Part shown: positions 48,879-61,107 of the stretch, piece after piece
Layout of the letters: every line of letters begins with the position of its first letter
How positions within the stretch are numbered: position 1 is the first letter of the stretch
NCBI GenBank assembly: GCA_964595465.1
Contig: CAZQQI010000001.1
Coordinates: forward strand, 4,952 to 68,951
Reading direction: 5' to 3'
Origin: an uncultured Planctomycetales bacterium
Lineage (GTDB): Bacteria; Omnitrophota; Gorgyraeia; Zapsychrales; JANLHA01
DNA length: 64,000 nucleotides
Position numbers and translations under genes: made by a program
The notes under the pieces: model-generated
Database searches by the model: none
What the model saw: the letters and a program-made list of their open reading frames with translations, nothing else
What the model was told of the DNA's origin: nothing

Positions 48879-51800
48879 ATTTCACCATGTCCACTTTCGA
48901 ATAATATTTTAACCCTGTTCCCGCCGGGATCAAATGCCCGACAATAACATTCTCTTTTAAACCTCGTAAAAGGTCAATTTTACCACTCGATGCCGCATCT
49001 GTCAAGACTCGAGTTGTCTCCTGAAAACTCGCGGACGAAATAAAGCTGTCCGTGGTCAGCGAGACCTTGGTGATCCCCAATAAAAGCGGGGTCGCCTTGG
49101 CCGGCGTCTTGCCTTTTTTCACCAGCTCTTCGTTCGATTTTTTAAACGCCGGCCGGTCGATCTGCTCGCCGATAAGGAATTCAGATTCTCCCCCGTCGTC
49201 GATGCGTACCTTCTTAAGCATCTGCGCGATGATTAACTCAATATGTTTATCGTTGATACGGACGCCCTGCAGACGATAGACTTCCTGAACCTCGTTCAGC
49301 AGATACTCCTGAACAACCTTATCCCCGCACACCCTCAGGATATCATGCGGAACCACCGGCCCGTCGGTCAGCTGCTGACCGGCAAAAACACGGTCCCCTT
49401 TATAAACATTGGGATGCTTTCCGTGAGGGATGGTGTATTCCTTGGCCATGCCGGTCTCACTGCGGACCATGATCGTCCGGGCGCCCTTACGGTCTTCACC
49501 GAACTCGACCAGACCATCGATCTCACTGATAATCGCCGGCTCCTTAGGCCGCCGGGCTTCAAACAATTCGGCAACACGCGGCAGACCTCCGGTAATATCA
49601 CGGGTCTTGCCCTGCCCGCGGGGGATCTTGGCGATCAGGTCACCAGCCTGCACGGCCTGTTTGTCTTTAACCATAACGTGCGCTCCGACGGGAATAGAAT
49701 ATATTCCCACGACTTCTCCGCTGTCATCCGTAATAATAATCTGCGGATGATACTGCGGTTTATGGTCGACCACAACCCTCTCGGTAATGCCGGTGATCGG
49801 GTTGCTTTCCTCCTGGACGGTCACGTCCTGGATGATGTCCTCAGAATTGACCTTTCCCTTTACCTCGGTAATGATCGGGATAGTATAAGGATCCCAGGTC
49901 GCAAAGATCTGTTCCTTTTTGACTTCAGCCCCGTCGGCAAATTTGATCGTTGCGCCCTGCGGGAGCTGGTAGCGCTCAAATTCACGCCCGAACTCATTGT
50001 TCACACTGATCGACCCGTTCCGGTTCAGGACCACGAATTCATCATTGCGCTGAACAACCCTGAGCTGATGGTAACGGACAAACCCGTCGTTTTTGGCCTG
50101 ATAATGCGACTGCTCAACAGCGCGGCTCGCGGTCCCGCCGATGTGGAACGTACGCATGGTCAGCTGGGTCCCCGGCTCCCCGATACTCTGGGCGGCGATA
50201 ACACCGACGGACTCTCCGACTTCGACCATCCGCTGGGTGGCGAGGTTCCGGCCGTAACAGCGCACACAAACGCCGCGTTCGCTTTCACAGGTCAGCACAC
50301 TGCGGATACGGACCTTCTCTATCCCCAGCTGTTCAATGACCGCGGCCTTCTCTTCACTGATCTCCTGACCGGCTTCAACAACCAGCTGATCCGTCACAAT
50401 ATCGACAATATTATCCAGGGCCACGCGACCGCTGATACGTTCTTTCAGACTGACAACCAGCTCGTCGCCTTCAACGATCGCCGAGACCGTAATTCCGCTC
50501 ATGGTGCCGCAGTCGTCTTCTGTAATAACGACCTCCTGGGCCACGTCCACCAGACGGCGCGTCAGGTATCCAGCGTCAGCGGTTTTCAAAGCCGTATCCG
50601 CCAGCCCCTTCCGGGCCCCGTGAGTCGAAATAAAATATTCCATAACGGTCAGCCCTTCTCGAAAACTTGCCGTGATGGGGTTCTCGATGATCTCGCCCGA
50701 CGGTTTGGCCATCAAACCGCGCATTCCCGAAAGCTGGCGGATCTGCAATTTTGATCCCCGGGCTCCGGAATCCGCCATAATATAAACCGGATTAAACGCG
50801 GTCATCTGCTGGAACACCAGGTCGGAAAGCTTTTCAGTGGTATGCGTCCAGATGTCGATGATCTTATTATACCGCTCACGACCGGTGATGACCCCCTTGC
50901 GGTACTGATCTTCGACCTTGCCGACTTCCTGCTTAGCCTTGGTGATATGCTTTGCCTTATCTTTGGGACTGGTCAGGTCGGCGATGGATATTGAGATGCC
51001 GGCATCTGTTGATGCGAGGAACCCGAATTCTTTGAAGGCATCCAGCATGTTGACGGTCTTCTGCTGTCCGAAACGCTTATAGCAGTCGGCAATAACCGCA
51101 CCGATACGTTTTTTATCCAGCAACTCGTTCACATATCCGTATTCCACCGGAAGGATCTCATTAAAAAGAACCCTCCCCACCGTGGTTTCGATGATCGTCG
51201 GCTTAAGGATCTCCTGCACATCTTCAACATGCTCTTCTCCCTTGACCGCTTTTTCCTGCGAAATGATCAAAGAGGGTTTTTCTTCTCCCCAAAGAGGACG
51301 ATCCAGACGCATACGGATCCTCTCATGCAGCCTCAGCTGCCCATCGTTATGGGCCACGATGACCTCTTCACTATTAGAAAAGATACGTTTGGGTTCTTGC
51401 CCCTCTTCTTCCTTGGTCATGTAATACAAACCTAAAACCATGTCCTGTGTTGGCGACATAATCGGACGCCCGTCAGCTGGAGAAAAAAGATTATTGACCG
51501 AGAGCATCTGCAAACGGCACTCCAGCTGAGCCTCAAGAGACAGGGGCACGTGAACCGCCATTTGGTCTCCATCAAAGTCAGCATTAAACGCGGAACAGAC
51601 CAAAGGATGAAGTTTAATCGCTTTTCCCTCGACAAGAACCGGCTGAAAGGCCTGGACACTCAAGCGGTGCAGGGTCGGAGCGCGGTTCAGCAGAACAGGG
51701 TGATCTTTAATGACCTCATCCAGAATATCCCAGACCTCCAGTTTGGCCCTCTCAACCATGCGTTTGGCACCTTTGATGGTATGGACAAATCCTTTTTCGC

Positions 51801-52938
51801 GTAACTTACGGATAATGAACGGCTCAAAAAGCTCTAATGCCATTTTTTTAGGCAGACCGCATTGATGAAGCTGCAGTTTCGGACCGACAACAATAACCGA
51901 ACGGCCGGAGTAATCCACACGCTTACCCAAAAGATTCATGCGGAAGCGCCCTTGTTTTCCTTTCAGCATATCAGAAAGGGATTTCAAAGGACGGTTTCCG
52001 GATCCCAGAACAGGACGGCCGTGGCGGCCATTATCCAGAAGGGCATCGACCGCCTCCTGCAGCATACGCTTTTCATTGCGGATAATGATCTCCGGAGCGT
52101 TCAAGTCCATCAATTTTTTCAAACGATTATTGCGGTTGATCACCCGGCGGTACAGATCGTTCAGATCGGACGTAGCAAAACGTCCCCCTTCCAGAGGAAC
52201 CAAAGGACGCAGGTCCGGCGGGATGACCGGCAGGGCATCCAGCACCATCCATTCCGCCTTGTTTTCAGAGGCTTTAAAATCTTCGACGATCTTCAAACTC
52301 TTGGCGATCTTTTTCGCGTTGGCACTGGTGGGGCTGGTTTTATTCAGATCCTTGCGGAGTTTTTTGCTCAATGCCTCTAAGTCGGTTTCTGCCAGAAGGT
52401 CTTTAACAGCTTCCGCGCCGATCTTGGCCTTAAACCCCGCCCCGTGCTTGACCAGCGCCTTCTGATATTCATCCTCAGACAGGAACTGACGCGGCTTAAG
52501 CGCGGTATCGCCGGGATCGGTAACCACGTACTCTTCATAATAGATCAGCTTCTCCAGATTGCGCAGAGAAACCTGCAGCAAGGCGGACAAACGGCTGGGA
52601 ACGGCCTTATAAAACCAAATATGCGTCACCGGACAAGCCAATTCGATATGCCCCATACGTTCACGCCGGACAGACGAACGGGAAATCGTCACCCCGCAGC
52701 GGTCACACGTGATGCCGCGGAATTTAATCCCTTTATATTTTCCGCAGTTGCATTCCCAGTCACGGACCGGCCCAAAAATCCTCTCACAGAATAAACCGTC
52801 CTTTTCAGGTTTTAAGGTACGGTAATTCAGGGTTTCCGCTTTTTTGACCATGCCCTGAGACCAGGAATGGATAACCTCCGGTGATGCCACCTGGATCGTA
52901 ATCCGGTCCTGATTCATGATATCCTGTTTTTTTGCCAT
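48802..52938 (-). CDS. rpoC: DNA-directed RNA polymerase subunit beta'
   Basis: 1378 aa, NADFDGD active site, zinc-binding motifs. Stop TGA at 48804..48802. Confidence 0.97.
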   Translation of the reverse strand: MAKKQDIMNQDRITIQVASPEVIHSWSQGMVKKAETLNYRTLKPEKDGLFCERIFGPVRDWECNCGKYKGIKFRGITCDRCGVTISRSSVRRERMGHIELACPVTHIWFYKAVPSRLSALLQVSLRNLEKLIYYEEYVVTDPGDTALKPRQFLSEDEYQKALVKHGAGFKAKIGAEAVKDLLAETDLEALSKKLRKDLNKTSPTSANAKKIAKSLKIVEDFKASENKAEWMVLDALPVIPPDLRPLVPLEGGRFATSDLNDLYRRVINRNNRLKKLMDLNAPEIIIRNEKRMLQEAVDALLDNGRHGRPVLGSGNRPLKSLSDMLKGKQGRFRMNLLGKRVDYSGRSVIVVGPKLQLHQCGLPKKMALELFEPFIIRKLREKGFVHTIKGAKRMVERAKLEVWDILDEVIKDHPVLLNRAPTLHRLSVQAFQPVLVEGKAIKLHPLVCSAFNADFDGDQMAVHVPLSLEAQLECRLQMLSVNNLFSPADGRPIMSPTQDMVLGLYYMTKEEEGQEPKRIFSNSEEVIVAHNDGQLRLHERIRMRLDRPLWGEEKPSLIISQEKAVKGEEHVEDVQEILKPTIIETTVGRVLFNEILPVEYGYVNELLDKKRIGAVIADCYKRFGQQKTVNMLDAFKEFGFLASTDAGISISIADLTSPKDKAKHITKAKQEVGKVEDQYRKGVITGRERYNKIIDIWTHTTEKLSDLVFQQMTAFNPVYIMADSGARGSKLQIRQLSGMRGLMAKPSGEIIENPITASFREGLTVMEYFISTHGARKGLADTALKTADAGYLTRRLVDVAQEVVITEDDCGTMSGITVSAIVEGDELVVSLKERISGRVALDNIVDIVTDQLVVEAGQEISEEKAAVIEQLGIEKVRIRSVLTCESERGVCVRCYGRNLATQRMVEVGESVGVIAAQSIGEPGTQLTMRTFHIGGTASRAVEQSHYQAKNDGFVRYHQLRVVQRNDEFVVLNRNGSISVNNEFGREFERYQLPQGATIKFADGAEVKKEQIFATWDPYTIPIITEVKGKVNSEDIIQDVTVQEESNPITGITERVVVDHKPQYHPQIIITDDSGEVVGIYSIPVGAHVMVKDKQAVQAGDLIAKIPRGQGKTRDITGGLPRVAELFEARRPKEPAIISEIDGLVEFGEDRKGARTIMVRSETGMAKEYTIPHGKHPNVYKGDRVFAGQQLTDGPVVPHDILRVCGDKVVQEYLLNEVQEVYRLQGVRINDKHIELIIAQMLKKVRIDDGGESEFLIGEQIDRPAFKKSNEELVKKGKTPAKATPLLLGITKVSLTTDSFISSASFQETTRVLTDAASSGKIDLLRGLKENVIVGHLIPAGTGLKYYSKVDMVKYADDSAVDTQEQDTEAQKEQVAGVE

Positions 52939-52977
52939 ATGTATCTCTCCTTATGGAGTTGCGTTAGGAACAAAGAA

Positions 52978-55900
52978 TTATGCGTTCTCTTGGTCCGCGG
53001 CTCTTTCCAGCTTAATATCCAGACACAAGCCCTGCAGTTCTTTCACCAGCACATTGAAGGACTCCGGTGTGCCAGTCTGCAGGCGCTGTTCCCCCTTAAC
53101 GATCGCCTCGTAAATCTGGCTGCGCCCCTGCACGTCATCACTTTTAACGGTCAGCATTTCCTGCAGAGTATAGGCGGCGCCGTAAGCTTCCAGAGCCCAC
53201 ACTTCCATTTCACCAAAACGCTGTCCGCCGAAATGCGCCTTTCCGCCCAGCGGCTGCTGGGTGACCAGAGAATACGGCCCGATAGACCGGGCATGTATCT
53301 TCTCGTCGACAAGGTGGTTTAATTTCAGCATATAAATATATCCGACCGTGACTTTCTGGTCAAACGGGCGTCCGGTATACCCGTCATAAACAACGGTCTT
53401 ACCGTCTTCCGGCAGGCCGGCCTCTTTTAACAGATCCCGAATCTCCTGCTCAGTCGCTCCATTAAAAACCGGAGTCTCGGTATGCATCCCCAGGATCTTG
53501 GCGGCCCAGCCCAAATGCGTTTCCAGCAGCTGCCCGACATTCATGCGGGACGGCACCCCGAGAGGGTTCAGAACAATATCGACCGGTGTCCCATCGTCCA
53601 GATACGGCATATCCTCAGACGGCATGATGCGCGAAACGATCCCTTTGTTTCCGTGACGCCCGGCCATCTTGTCGCCTTCCTGAAGCTTGCGTTTCGTGGC
53701 GACATAAACCACGACGCGCTTCAGCACGCCGGCCGGAAGCTCATCCCCGCGCTTGACCCGTTCGATCTCCTGGTCCTCCTCCTCGGCCAGCTCCTGGATC
53801 TTATCTTTGTAAAAGGAGAGCAATTCCCGGGCTTCCGAATCACTCGGCAGAGTGCGAAAATCCAAAGACGCCAGCTTCTTTTCATTGATATCCAAAGCCT
53901 CACAAATCTTGCGCTTCTTCTCTTCTTCGACCAGCACGGCTTCCTGGCGGTAGTATTCCTTAACACGGTCAATCGATTCCTGAATCTTGGCCTTTTCGGC
54001 TTTTGACTTGCGTCCGCGTTCTGCACGCTGGAAAACCTCAGCGTGAACAACAACACCTTCCACCCCGGGAGACAAGGTCACGGATGTATCCCGGATATCC
54101 GCAGCTTTTTCACCAAAGATAGCGCGCAGCAACCGCTCTTCCGGAGACAATTCCTTTTCACTTTTCGGAGTGACTTTCCCGACCAGAATATCTCCCGGCT
54201 TGACCTCCGCGCCGACGCGCACGATCCCCCCTTCGTCAAGATCTTTTAAAGCATCCTCTCCGACATTAGGGATATCACGGGTGATCTCTTCATTTCCCAA
54301 ACGGGTCTCGCGGGCCTCCACTTCAAACCGTTCGACATGGACCGAGGTGAAAACATCATCCCGGACCAAACGCTGATTGATCAGGATCGCGTCTTCAAAG
54401 TTATATCCGCGCCAGGGCATAAACGCCACCAGCACGTTGCGTCCTAATGAAAGACGGCCGTGAGATGTGGCAAATCCGTCTGCAATAATCTGGCCGGCCT
54501 TGACCGTCTCCCCCAACTTAACCAGCGGCTTCTGAATAGTACACGTATTGGCATTCGTCCGTAAAAACGTCTTCAATTTATAACTGTGCTTACCGACCAC
54601 GATCTCCTGACCGTCCACCTTGCTGACCTTACCGTCCTCCCGGGCAATAACCACAACACCGGAATCCCGGGCAACCTTTTCTTCCATACCGGTCCCGACA
54701 AAAGGGACCTCCGGGGTCATCAAAGGCACAGCCTGACGCTGCATATTCGATCCCATCAGAGCCCGGTTGGCGTCATCATGTTCCAGAAACGGGATTAAAG
54801 ACGTGGCCACCGAAACCAACTGCTTCGTCGAAACATCTTTATAATCGATCTGGTCAGCGCTGACACGGGGAAAGTCCGTTTTATACCGGCAGATAAATTC
54901 ATCTCCAGCAAGCTTGCCGTCATCGTCCACAGCGGCGTTAGCCTGGGCAATATATTTTTCCTGATCCACATCCGCGGTGAGATAATCAACATTCTTAGTG
55001 ACCTTGCCGTCCTTGACTTTGTAATACGGTGTTTCAATAAACCCGAGAGGATTGACCCGCGCACATGTTGTCAATGAAGAAATCAAACCGATGTTCGGTC
55101 CTTCCGGTGTTTCGATCGGACAGACACGGCCGTAATGGGTCGGATGCACGTCACGGACCTCAAACCCCGCCCGTTCTCGCGACAGTCCTCCCGGCCCTAA
55201 AGCGCTCAAACGCCGCTTATGGGTCATTTCGGCCAAAGGATTGACCTGATCCATAAACTGCGACAGCTGACTGCGGGCAAAGAAATCATGAACCTGATTG
55301 GAAAATAAGCGGGAATTGATCAGATGATGGGCGGTCAAATTCTCAAAAGTGCTCATGACCACCAGGCGCTCTTTAATGGACCGTTCGAGGCGGGCCAGGC
55401 CAATACGGACCTGGTTCTGAACAAGCTCGCCGACAGATTTAATCCGGCGGTTTCCTAAATGGTCAATATCGTCGGTCTCTCCGCGTCCTTCCCGCAACCC
55501 GATAAGATACGCGATAACTGACGCGACCGTATTGATATCCAAAACCCGGTTTTCCAGAGGCACGCTGGTCCCGAGCTTGCGATTGATAATATGACGGCCG
55601 ACCTTACTCAGATCATATCGTTTAGGATCAAAAAAGAGACGGTAGAACAGGGCCTCGGCCACTTCAATCGTAGCCGGCTCAGTCGGACGCATCTTGCGGT
55701 AAAAATCCAGCAGGGCCTCTTCTTTATTTTCTGTATGATCCTTTTCTAATGTCGGCGCGATTTTATCAAAATCGTCTCCGAACATCTGCTGAAGATCGGC
55801 GTCCGTCGAAAGACCCATGATCCGCAGGATCTGCGTGGCCGGAAAGTTGCGGCGGCGGTCAACATAGGCCAAAAGAATATCATTCAGATCATATTTGATC

Positions 55901-56412
55901 TCAAACCAGGCCCCACGGGAAGGGATGATGCGCCCATGATACAGGCTGCGCCCGCTGGGATGCAGCTCTTCTTCAAAGGAAACCCCCGGAGGACGCTGAA
56001 TCTGAGAAACCACAACCCGTTCATCACCATTTATCACGAACGTTCCGGTATCGGTCATGAGAGGAATATCACCGAAATAAACTTCCTGCTCTTTAATGTC
56101 GACCGGAGTGATCAGACGAAGTTTCACCTTGAGCGGCGCGGCATAGGTCATACTGCGGCGCTGGCATTCGTCGCTGAAATATTTTGGTTTACCAAACGTG
56201 TAACTCAGGTATTCCAGCTTGACCTGCCCGTCATAACTCTCCAGAGGAAAGACCTCGCGGAAAACCTCTTCCAGACCCTGATCATTGCGCTCGTTCTCAT
56301 CGTTATCATACTGCAGAAATTCTCTGTACGCGACAGTCTGGATATCAAGTAAGGACGGCAATTCAAAATGATCCCGAATCTTACCGAAGTTTTTGATATT
56401 CAATGTGTCCAT
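52978..56412 (-). CDS. rpoB: DNA-directed RNA polymerase subunit beta
   Basis: 1144 aa, full-length RpoB. Confidence 0.97.
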   Translation of the reverse strand: MDTLNIKNFGKIRDHFELPSLLDIQTVAYREFLQYDNDENERNDQGLEEVFREVFPLESYDGQVKLEYLSYTFGKPKYFSDECQRRSMTYAAPLKVKLRLITPVDIKEQEVYFGDIPLMTDTGTFVINGDERVVVSQIQRPPGVSFEEELHPSGRSLYHGRIIPSRGAWFEIKYDLNDILLAYVDRRRNFPATQILRIMGLSTDADLQQMFGDDFDKIAPTLEKDHTENKEEALLDFYRKMRPTEPATIEVAEALFYRLFFDPKRYDLSKVGRHIINRKLGTSVPLENRVLDINTVASVIAYLIGLREGRGETDDIDHLGNRRIKSVGELVQNQVRIGLARLERSIKERLVVMSTFENLTAHHLINSRLFSNQVHDFFARSQLSQFMDQVNPLAEMTHKRRLSALGPGGLSRERAGFEVRDVHPTHYGRVCPIETPEGPNIGLISSLTTCARVNPLGFIETPYYKVKDGKVTKNVDYLTADVDQEKYIAQANAAVDDDGKLAGDEFICRYKTDFPRVSADQIDYKDVSTKQLVSVATSLIPFLEHDDANRALMGSNMQRQAVPLMTPEVPFVGTGMEEKVARDSGVVVIAREDGKVSKVDGQEIVVGKHSYKLKTFLRTNANTCTIQKPLVKLGETVKAGQIIADGFATSHGRLSLGRNVLVAFMPWRGYNFEDAILINQRLVRDDVFTSVHVERFEVEARETRLGNEEITRDIPNVGEDALKDLDEGGIVRVGAEVKPGDILVGKVTPKSEKELSPEERLLRAIFGEKAADIRDTSVTLSPGVEGVVVHAEVFQRAERGRKSKAEKAKIQESIDRVKEYYRQEAVLVEEEKKRKICEALDINEKKLASLDFRTLPSDSEARELLSFYKDKIQELAEEEDQEIERVKRGDELPAGVLKRVVVYVATKRKLQEGDKMAGRHGNKGIVSRIMPSEDMPYLDDGTPVDIVLNPLGVPSRMNVGQLLETHLGWAAKILGMHTETPVFNGATEQEIRDLLKEAGLPEDGKTVVYDGYTGRPFDQKVTVGYIYMLKLNHLVDEKIHARSIGPYSLVTQQPLGGKAHFGGQRFGEMEVWALEAYGAAYTLQEMLTVKSDDVQGRSQIYEAIVKGEQRLQTGTPESFNVLVKELQGLCLDIKLERAADQENA

Positions 56413-56495
56413 AAGTGCCTTGGGGTTGTGGTTGTTAGGAAATCAGAACCTGAATGCGTGCTGGTGTGGTATATACAACAGTGCGACGCCGAATA

Positions 56496-56515
56496 GCAGA
56501 CCCCCTGCGGTCTGC
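56496..56515 (-). promoter_or_regulatory. 7-bp stem-loop in the rplL-rpoB intergenic region (candidate attenuator)
   Basis: gcagacc / ggtctgc inverted repeat with a 6-nt loop, 138-nt spacer; the analogous position carries an attenuator in E. coli. Confidence 0.3.
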
Positions 56516-56550
56516 CATTCAGCATCACACGTCTGTCTATCAAAAACGCC

Positions 56551-56988
56551 TTATTTGATCTCGACCTTGGCGCCCGCACCTTCAAGCTTTTTCTTGAGCT
56601 CTTCGGCCTCTTCTTTGGAAACGCCTTCTTTAACCGCTTTCGGAGCGGATTCGACAAGCTCCTTGGCCTCTTTAAGACCCAGACTGGTGATGCCGCGGAC
56701 TTCTTTGATCACGCCGATCTTCTGTCCGCCGATATCAGTCAGAACAACGTCAAATTCGGTCTTTTCTTCCGCCGCGCCGCCGGCTTCGCCGCCTGCTGCA
56801 GCACCGGGCATCATCATGCCGGCCGCCATGGGGGCAGCCGCCTGGATACCGAGGCGGTCTTCCAGACCTTTGACTAAATCAGCCAATTCCAATGCGGTCA
56901 AGCCTTCGATCTCCTTGGCGATCGCTTCGAGTTTTTCGGAAAGAACCACGCTTTCCTTTTGCTCTTCTGTATTTGTCGCTTCAGACAT
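56551..56988 (-). CDS. rplL: 50S ribosomal protein L7/L12
   Basis: Flexible A/G/M hinge and a C-terminal domain ([36 protein letters not shown]). Start at MSEATN. Confidence 0.9.
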   Translation of the reverse strand: MSEATNTEEQKESVVLSEKLEAIAKEIEGLTALELADLVKGLEDRLGIQAAAPMAAGMMMPGAAAGGEAGGAAEEKTEFDVVLTDIGGQKIGVIKEVRGITSLGLKEAKELVESAPKAVKEGVSKEEAEELKKKLEGAGAKVEIK

Positions 56989-56989
56989 C

Positions 56990-57523
56990 TTAACTACCTC
57001 CCTTTTGTTCACTTAATTGTTTCAATATCGATAAAAGATCCCTGGACTTCGCGTTCAGTGCTCCGGCGAGCCGGGTTAACGGCGCCAGGATCGTTCCCAT
57101 AAGCTGCGCTTGAAGAACCTCTTTGGCCGGCAGATCTGCCAGACGTTTGATCTCTTCCTGCGCCAGGACAGTACCGTCGAGTACGGCGCCCTGTATATCA
57201 AATCCCTCACAGTCTTTTGCAAAATCTGTCAGGGCTTTAGCGACAGACACAGAATCCGCGCTGGACCAGGCAAAGGCGGTCTGTTCAGGTCCGATCACAT
57301 CTGCCAGGGATTCCATCTCCATTTCTTTCAGGGTCAATCTGGCGATGCGCTTTTTCGTCACCTGAACGCCAACACCCAGATCCCGCATATTCTGCCGAAG
57401 CGCATCCATCTGTGTGCCTTTAACCGAAGAAAAATTGACAACAAAGGTCACCTGATGATTGCCGACCCCCTCTTTGATCTGACTGGCAATGCTTTCTCTG
57501 ATAATCTGTCCGACTTGTCCCAT
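56990..57523 (-). CDS. rplJ: 50S ribosomal protein L10
   Basis: L10 signature. Confidence 0.9.
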   Translation of the reverse strand: MGQVGQIIRESIASQIKEGVGNHQVTFVVNFSSVKGTQMDALRQNMRDLGVGVQVTKKRIARLTLKEMEMESLADVIGPEQTAFAWSSADSVSVAKALTDFAKDCEGFDIQGAVLDGTVLAQEEIKRLADLPAKEVLQAQLMGTILAPLTRLAGALNAKSRDLLSILKQLSEQKGGS

Positions 57524-57547
57524 ATCATCCTCGCTCTATTGTCTGTC

Positions 57548-58228
57548 TTACAGCGCGATCCGGAGCCCGGGGCCCATGGTCGTTGACAGTGACAGCGTCT
57601 TGATTAAATTTCCTTTAACCGATGCCGGCTTGGCATGCTCCAAAGCATCGAGAACATGCTTAATGTTTTGCTGGATCTGCTCTTTCGTGAAAGACCTCTT
57701 ACCGACACCGACGTGAACCCCAGACTGCTTATCGACCTTGAATTCCACGCGCCCGGCCTTAAGCTCCTTAACGACCCGTTCGATATCCGTGGTCACCGTC
57801 CCGGCTTTGGGGCTGGGCATCAGGCCCCGCGGACCCAAAATCTTCCCCAACTTACTCAAATCCCGCATCATATCCGGTGCGGCAACGACACAATCAAAAT
57901 CCATGAACCCGTTGGCGATCTTATCGATCAGATCTTCGCCTCCGACAAAATCTGCTCCAGCGGATTCAGCGTCCTGAACAGCTTCGCCTTTACAGACCAC
58001 AGCCACACTGACCGACTTTCCTGTTCCATGAGGCAGCATGACCGTTCCGCGCACCATCTGATCGGAACTCTTAGGGTTCACGTTCAGCAAAAAATGCAGT
58101 TCAACGGTCTCATCAAAATTTGTTTTGGGAAATTGATCCAGCTGTTCCACGGCATCATTCAGACCGTGCGTTTCTTCAGAAGGAAATGCTTCCTGGATAG
58201 CCTTTTTACGTTTGCTCAATTTCGTCAT
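57548..58228 (-). CDS. rplA: 50S ribosomal protein L1
   Basis: L1 signature; start at MTKLSKRKKA. Confidence 0.9.
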   Translation of the reverse strand: MTKLSKRKKAIQEAFPSEETHGLNDAVEQLDQFPKTNFDETVELHFLLNVNPKSSDQMVRGTVMLPHGTGKSVSVAVVCKGEAVQDAESAGADFVGGEDLIDKIANGFMDFDCVVAAPDMMRDLSKLGKILGPRGLMPSPKAGTVTTDIERVVKELKAGRVEFKVDKQSGVHVGVGKRSFTKEQIQQNIKHVLDALEHAKPASVKGNLIKTLSLSTTMGPGLRIAL

Positions 58229-58229
58229 T

Positions 58230-58655
58230 TTAGTCCACCACCTTGATTCCCATGCTCCGGGCCGTCCCCTCAATGATCAGAGCCGCCTGTTGAAGATCAT
58301 TGGTGTTCAGATCTTCCAGTTTGGTCTGGGCGATCTCGTTCACCTGGGCACGGTTGATCTCGGCGATCGTCTCCTTACCTGCTAATCCGGAAGCCTTGGC
58401 CAAATTGGCGGCCTTTTTGATCAACACAGAACTCGGAGGTGTTTTGATCACAAAGTCAAAGGACTTATCCTTATAAACCTTGATTACAGCCGGCAAAATC
58501 GTGCCTTCCCGGCCCTTGGTCTGATCATTAAAGGCCTTACAGAAGCCCATAATATTCACGCCGTGCTGCCCCAACGCGGGCCCAACCGGCGGGGCCGGAT
58601 TGGCCTGTCCGGCCGGAACATACAATTTAATCTGAGCGATAACTTCTTTAGCCAT
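58230..58655 (-). CDS. rplK: 50S ribosomal protein L11
   Basis: L11 signature ([10 protein letters not shown]...PPVGPALG). Confidence 0.95.
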   Translation of the reverse strand: MAKEVIAQIKLYVPAGQANPAPPVGPALGQHGVNIMGFCKAFNDQTKGREGTILPAVIKVYKDKSFDFVIKTPPSSVLIKKAANLAKASGLAGKETIAEINRAQVNEIAQTKLEDLNTNDLQQAALIIEGTARSMGIKVVD

Positions 58656-58656
58656 G

Positions 58657-59181
58657 TTAAATCTTCTCCACTTGCCAGTATTCTAATTCCACCAGGGTTG
58701 AACGGCCGAAAATCGGCACGCTCACTTTGAGTTTTCCCCGGTCCGGGAAGACCTCGGTGACCTGGCCGTTAAAATTCGCGAACGGACCTTCCGCGATCCT
58801 CACCGGTTCACCCTCTTCAAACACAACCTTCGGGCTCGGTTTGGTTTCTGTATCTTCGGTCCGTTTAATGATCGCCTGAACTTCTTCCTCGGAGATAGGC
58901 GTAGGGCGCCGGCCCGGCCCGATAAAACCGGTTATCCCCGGGGTACTCTTCACCAGGTACCAGCTCTCCTTAGACATTTCCATCTTCACTAATATATAGC
59001 CCGGAAAAAACTTCCGTTCCGCAATGCGTTTTTTCCCGCCGCGGACTTCAGAGACCTGTTCGGTCGGGACAACAATCTCTCCGATAAATTCTTTGAGATT
59101 GGTTGTCTCCATGCGGTTTTCCAGACCTGCCCTGGCCTTTTCCTCCGCCCCTGTCTGTGTATGGATCACATACCACTTCAT
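58657..59181 (-). CDS. nusG: transcription termination/antitermination factor NusG
   Basis: NGN domain ([16 protein letters not shown]) and KOW; AGGTGA SD. Confidence 0.9.
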   Translation of the reverse strand: MKWYVIHTQTGAEEKARAGLENRMETTNLKEFIGEIVVPTEQVSEVRGGKKRIAERKFFPGYILVKMEMSKESWYLVKSTPGITGFIGPGRRPTPISEEEVQAIIKRTEDTETKPSPKVVFEEGEPVRIAEGPFANFNGQVTEVFPDRGKLKVSVPIFGRSTLVELEYWQVEKI

Positions 59182-59185
59182 AATG

Positions 59186-59386
59186 TCACCTGATGACCAC
59201 GCCGATAAATTTTGAAAGAACAAAATCGGTCACGGCGATAAAGATCCCTAAAAATGCGCTGCTGATGATCACGACCCAGGTCGAATGGATCAATTCCTTT
59301 CGGCTGGTCCAGGAAACCTTTTTCAGTTCCGCGACCACCTCTTTTATGAATTTTCCGAATCGTCCGAACATATCGTTCCTTACCAT
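59186..59386 (-). CDS. secE: preprotein translocase subunit SecE
   Basis: 66 aa, single C-terminal TM. Conserved position between tRNA-Trp and nusG. Confidence 0.85.
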   Translation of the reverse strand: MVRNDMFGRFGKFIKEVVAELKKVSWTSRKELIHSTWVVIISSAFLGIFIAVTDFVLSKFIGVVIR

Positions 59387-59393
59387 GAATTAA

Positions 59394-59467
59394 CAGGCCT
59401 GGTAGGATTCGAACCTACAACACACGGTTTTGGAGACCGTTGCTCTGCCAGTTGGAGCTACAGGCCT
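59394..59467 (-). tRNA. tRNA-Trp (anticodon CCA), 3' CCA not encoded
   Basis: Hand fold: acceptor AGGCCUG/CAGGCCU, anticodon loop CUCCAAA; resembles E. coli tRNA-Trp. Confidence 0.85.
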
Positions 59468-59517
59468 ATGAAATATTTGCAGATGTTCTTACCAAAACCG
59501 CGGCTCGGGTCGCGGCA

Positions 59518-59670
59518 TTACTTTTTCTTTTCCCGGTGCAGAGTGTGCCTGCGGTCGAAGCGGCAATACTTCTTAAGTTCGATCCGCTCCGGATGCTTGC
59601 GCTTATCTTTAGTGCTGCTGTAATTGATCCGACGGCATTCTGTGCATTCAAACTGTATGTTCTCTCGCAT
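59518..59670 (-). CDS. rpmG: 50S ribosomal protein L33
   Basis: [50 protein letters not shown] (CxxC...C zinc ribbon). The longer ORF in the track runs into tRNA-Thr. Confidence 0.85.
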   Translation of the reverse strand: MRENIQFECTECRRINYSSTKDKRKHPERIELKKYCRFDRRHTLHREKKK

Positions 59671-59691
59671 GATTCCGATCTCTTGATTATA

Positions 59692-59764
<73 letters not shown>

Positions 59765-59782
59765 AAAAATAAATGAACCAAT

Positions 59783-59811
59783 AGTATAGTGTTTGACCTA
59801 TATTTTGTCAA
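59783..59811 (-). promoter_or_regulatory. sigma70-like promoter TTGACA-17-TATACT upstream of tRNA-Thr (head of the translation supercluster)
   Basis: Minus-strand hexamers: TTGACA 59811..59806, TATACT 59788..59783. Confidence 0.5.
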
Positions 59812-59859
59812 GTTTTTATTTTTTTTCATAAGGATTGTATGTCTTTGTCAATACTCGAC

Positions 59860-61023
59860 TTATCGATCTTCTCCAGCCGTCAGACGCAAAAAACGGCGTT
59901 TGCCGATTTTTAAAACTCCGGGCCGGGGCTCCCAGGACTCTTCCCGGACAGCTTCCCCTTCGCTGGAAACCGCGCCCTGCTTTAAAAGCCGGCGGGCCTC
60001 GTTACGGGAAGAAGCCATGCCGGATCCTGATAAAATATCAAGCAACGCATCCTTTCCGGTCAGGACATATTCCGGCATGTCGTCCGGCAGCTCTTTTTGA
60101 GCAAAAACGCGTTCAAATTCGCGGCGGGCGCAGACAGCATCTTCGGCTGTATAAAACTGTTCAACGATACGCTCGCCCAGCTGAAGCTTGGCATCTTTAG
60201 GGTGCATGTCCTGGACCCTTTCGAGATCGTCTTCGGTCAGCACCTCATAATAACGCATCATCAGATCATCGCTGATCGACATGATCTTGCCCAGGATCTC
60301 AGCGGCGGGCTCATCGATGCCAATGTAATTATCCAGCGATTTACTCATTTTTTTAACGCCGTCCAGACCTTCCAGCAGAGGGGTCATCACGACGTCCTGC
60401 GGCTTCTGCCCCAGGGACTCCTGGATCTGACGCCCCATCAGCAGGTTGAACTTCTGATCATTTCCACCGACCTCGATATCAGCATGAAGATGAAAAGAAT
60501 CATACCCCTGCAGCAAGGGATAAAGAAATTCCATAATGCTGATCTCCGTTCCAGACTCATAACGTTTCTTAAAATCCGAACGGGCCAGCATCTGGGCCAC
60601 TGTGGAATATGCGGTAAGCTCCAGCATTTTTCGGGCACCCAGATCATTGAGCCAGTCAAAATTATAAACCACCTCTAACTTATCAGGATCGTCGTCCAAA
60701 ATCTTAAGTGCCTGACGGGTATAGGTCTCCGCGTTCGCGCGGACAAACTCCAGATCAAGTGCCGGCCGCAGCTCATTGCGCCCGGTGGGATCGCCGACCA
60801 AGGCCGTAAAATCCCCAATCAAAAAAAGAACCTTGTGCCCCAGGTCCTGGAACTGCCTCAACTTACGCAACAAAACCACATGCCCCAAATGAATGTCCGG
60901 AGCTGTAGGATCGAATCCGGCCTTAACACGCAGAGGCTTACCCGCAATGAGCTTCTTTTCCAGCGACTCGCGGCTGATCATATCGGTCGTGCCGCGGGAA
61001 ATTGTCTTGATAGCATCGTTCAT
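59860..61023 (-). CDS. tyrS: tyrosine--tRNA ligase
   Basis: HIGH (HLGH) and KMSKS motifs, C-terminal S4-like domain. ATG at 61023. Confidence 0.9.
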   Translation of the reverse strand: MNDAIKTISRGTTDMISRESLEKKLIAGKPLRVKAGFDPTAPDIHLGHVVLLRKLRQFQDLGHKVLFLIGDFTALVGDPTGRNELRPALDLEFVRANAETYTRQALKILDDDPDKLEVVYNFDWLNDLGARKMLELTAYSTVAQMLARSDFKKRYESGTEISIMEFLYPLLQGYDSFHLHADIEVGGNDQKFNLLMGRQIQESLGQKPQDVVMTPLLEGLDGVKKMSKSLDNYIGIDEPAAEILGKIMSISDDLMMRYYEVLTEDDLERVQDMHPKDAKLQLGERIVEQFYTAEDAVCARREFERVFAQKELPDDMPEYVLTGKDALLDILSGSGMASSRNEARRLLKQGAVSSEGEAVREESWEPRPGVLKIGKRRFLRLTAGEDR

Positions 61024-61040
61024 GATCAGGGGAAACCCAA

Positions 61041-61071
61041 AGGCCAAGGGGCAACAGCTGCCCCTTGGCCT
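61041..61071 (-). terminator. perfect 13-bp GC-rich inverted repeat (loop 5 nt) between rpsA and tyrS; candidate partial terminator/attenuator
   Basis: aggccaaggggca-acagc-tgccccttggcct read directly. On the minus-strand RNA it is followed by UUUGGGUUU and lies 18 nt before the tyrS ATG. Confidence 0.5.
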
Positions 61072-61107
61072 GCGGTAATGATATCTCATCCTATACGATG
61101 AGAACGT

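Noticed and set aside
49243-50754. 503-aa + strand ORF antisense to rpoC (and similar long + strand ORFs at 28032..29195, 7554..8411, 6487..7389, 53482..54006)
   Set aside because: Each lies entirely inside a minus-strand gene with unmistakable homology (rpoC, aminotransferase, dgt, HD-GYP, rpoB). The translations are low-complexity and Arg/Pro-rich, typical of shadow ORFs in GC-biased coding DNA.
56491-56496. Isolated GAATAG hexamers elsewhere (for example 56491, 4073 on the opposite strand)
   Set aside because: These are single copies without 7-nt periodicity; the short motif is expected by chance, and only the two periodic arrays were kept.
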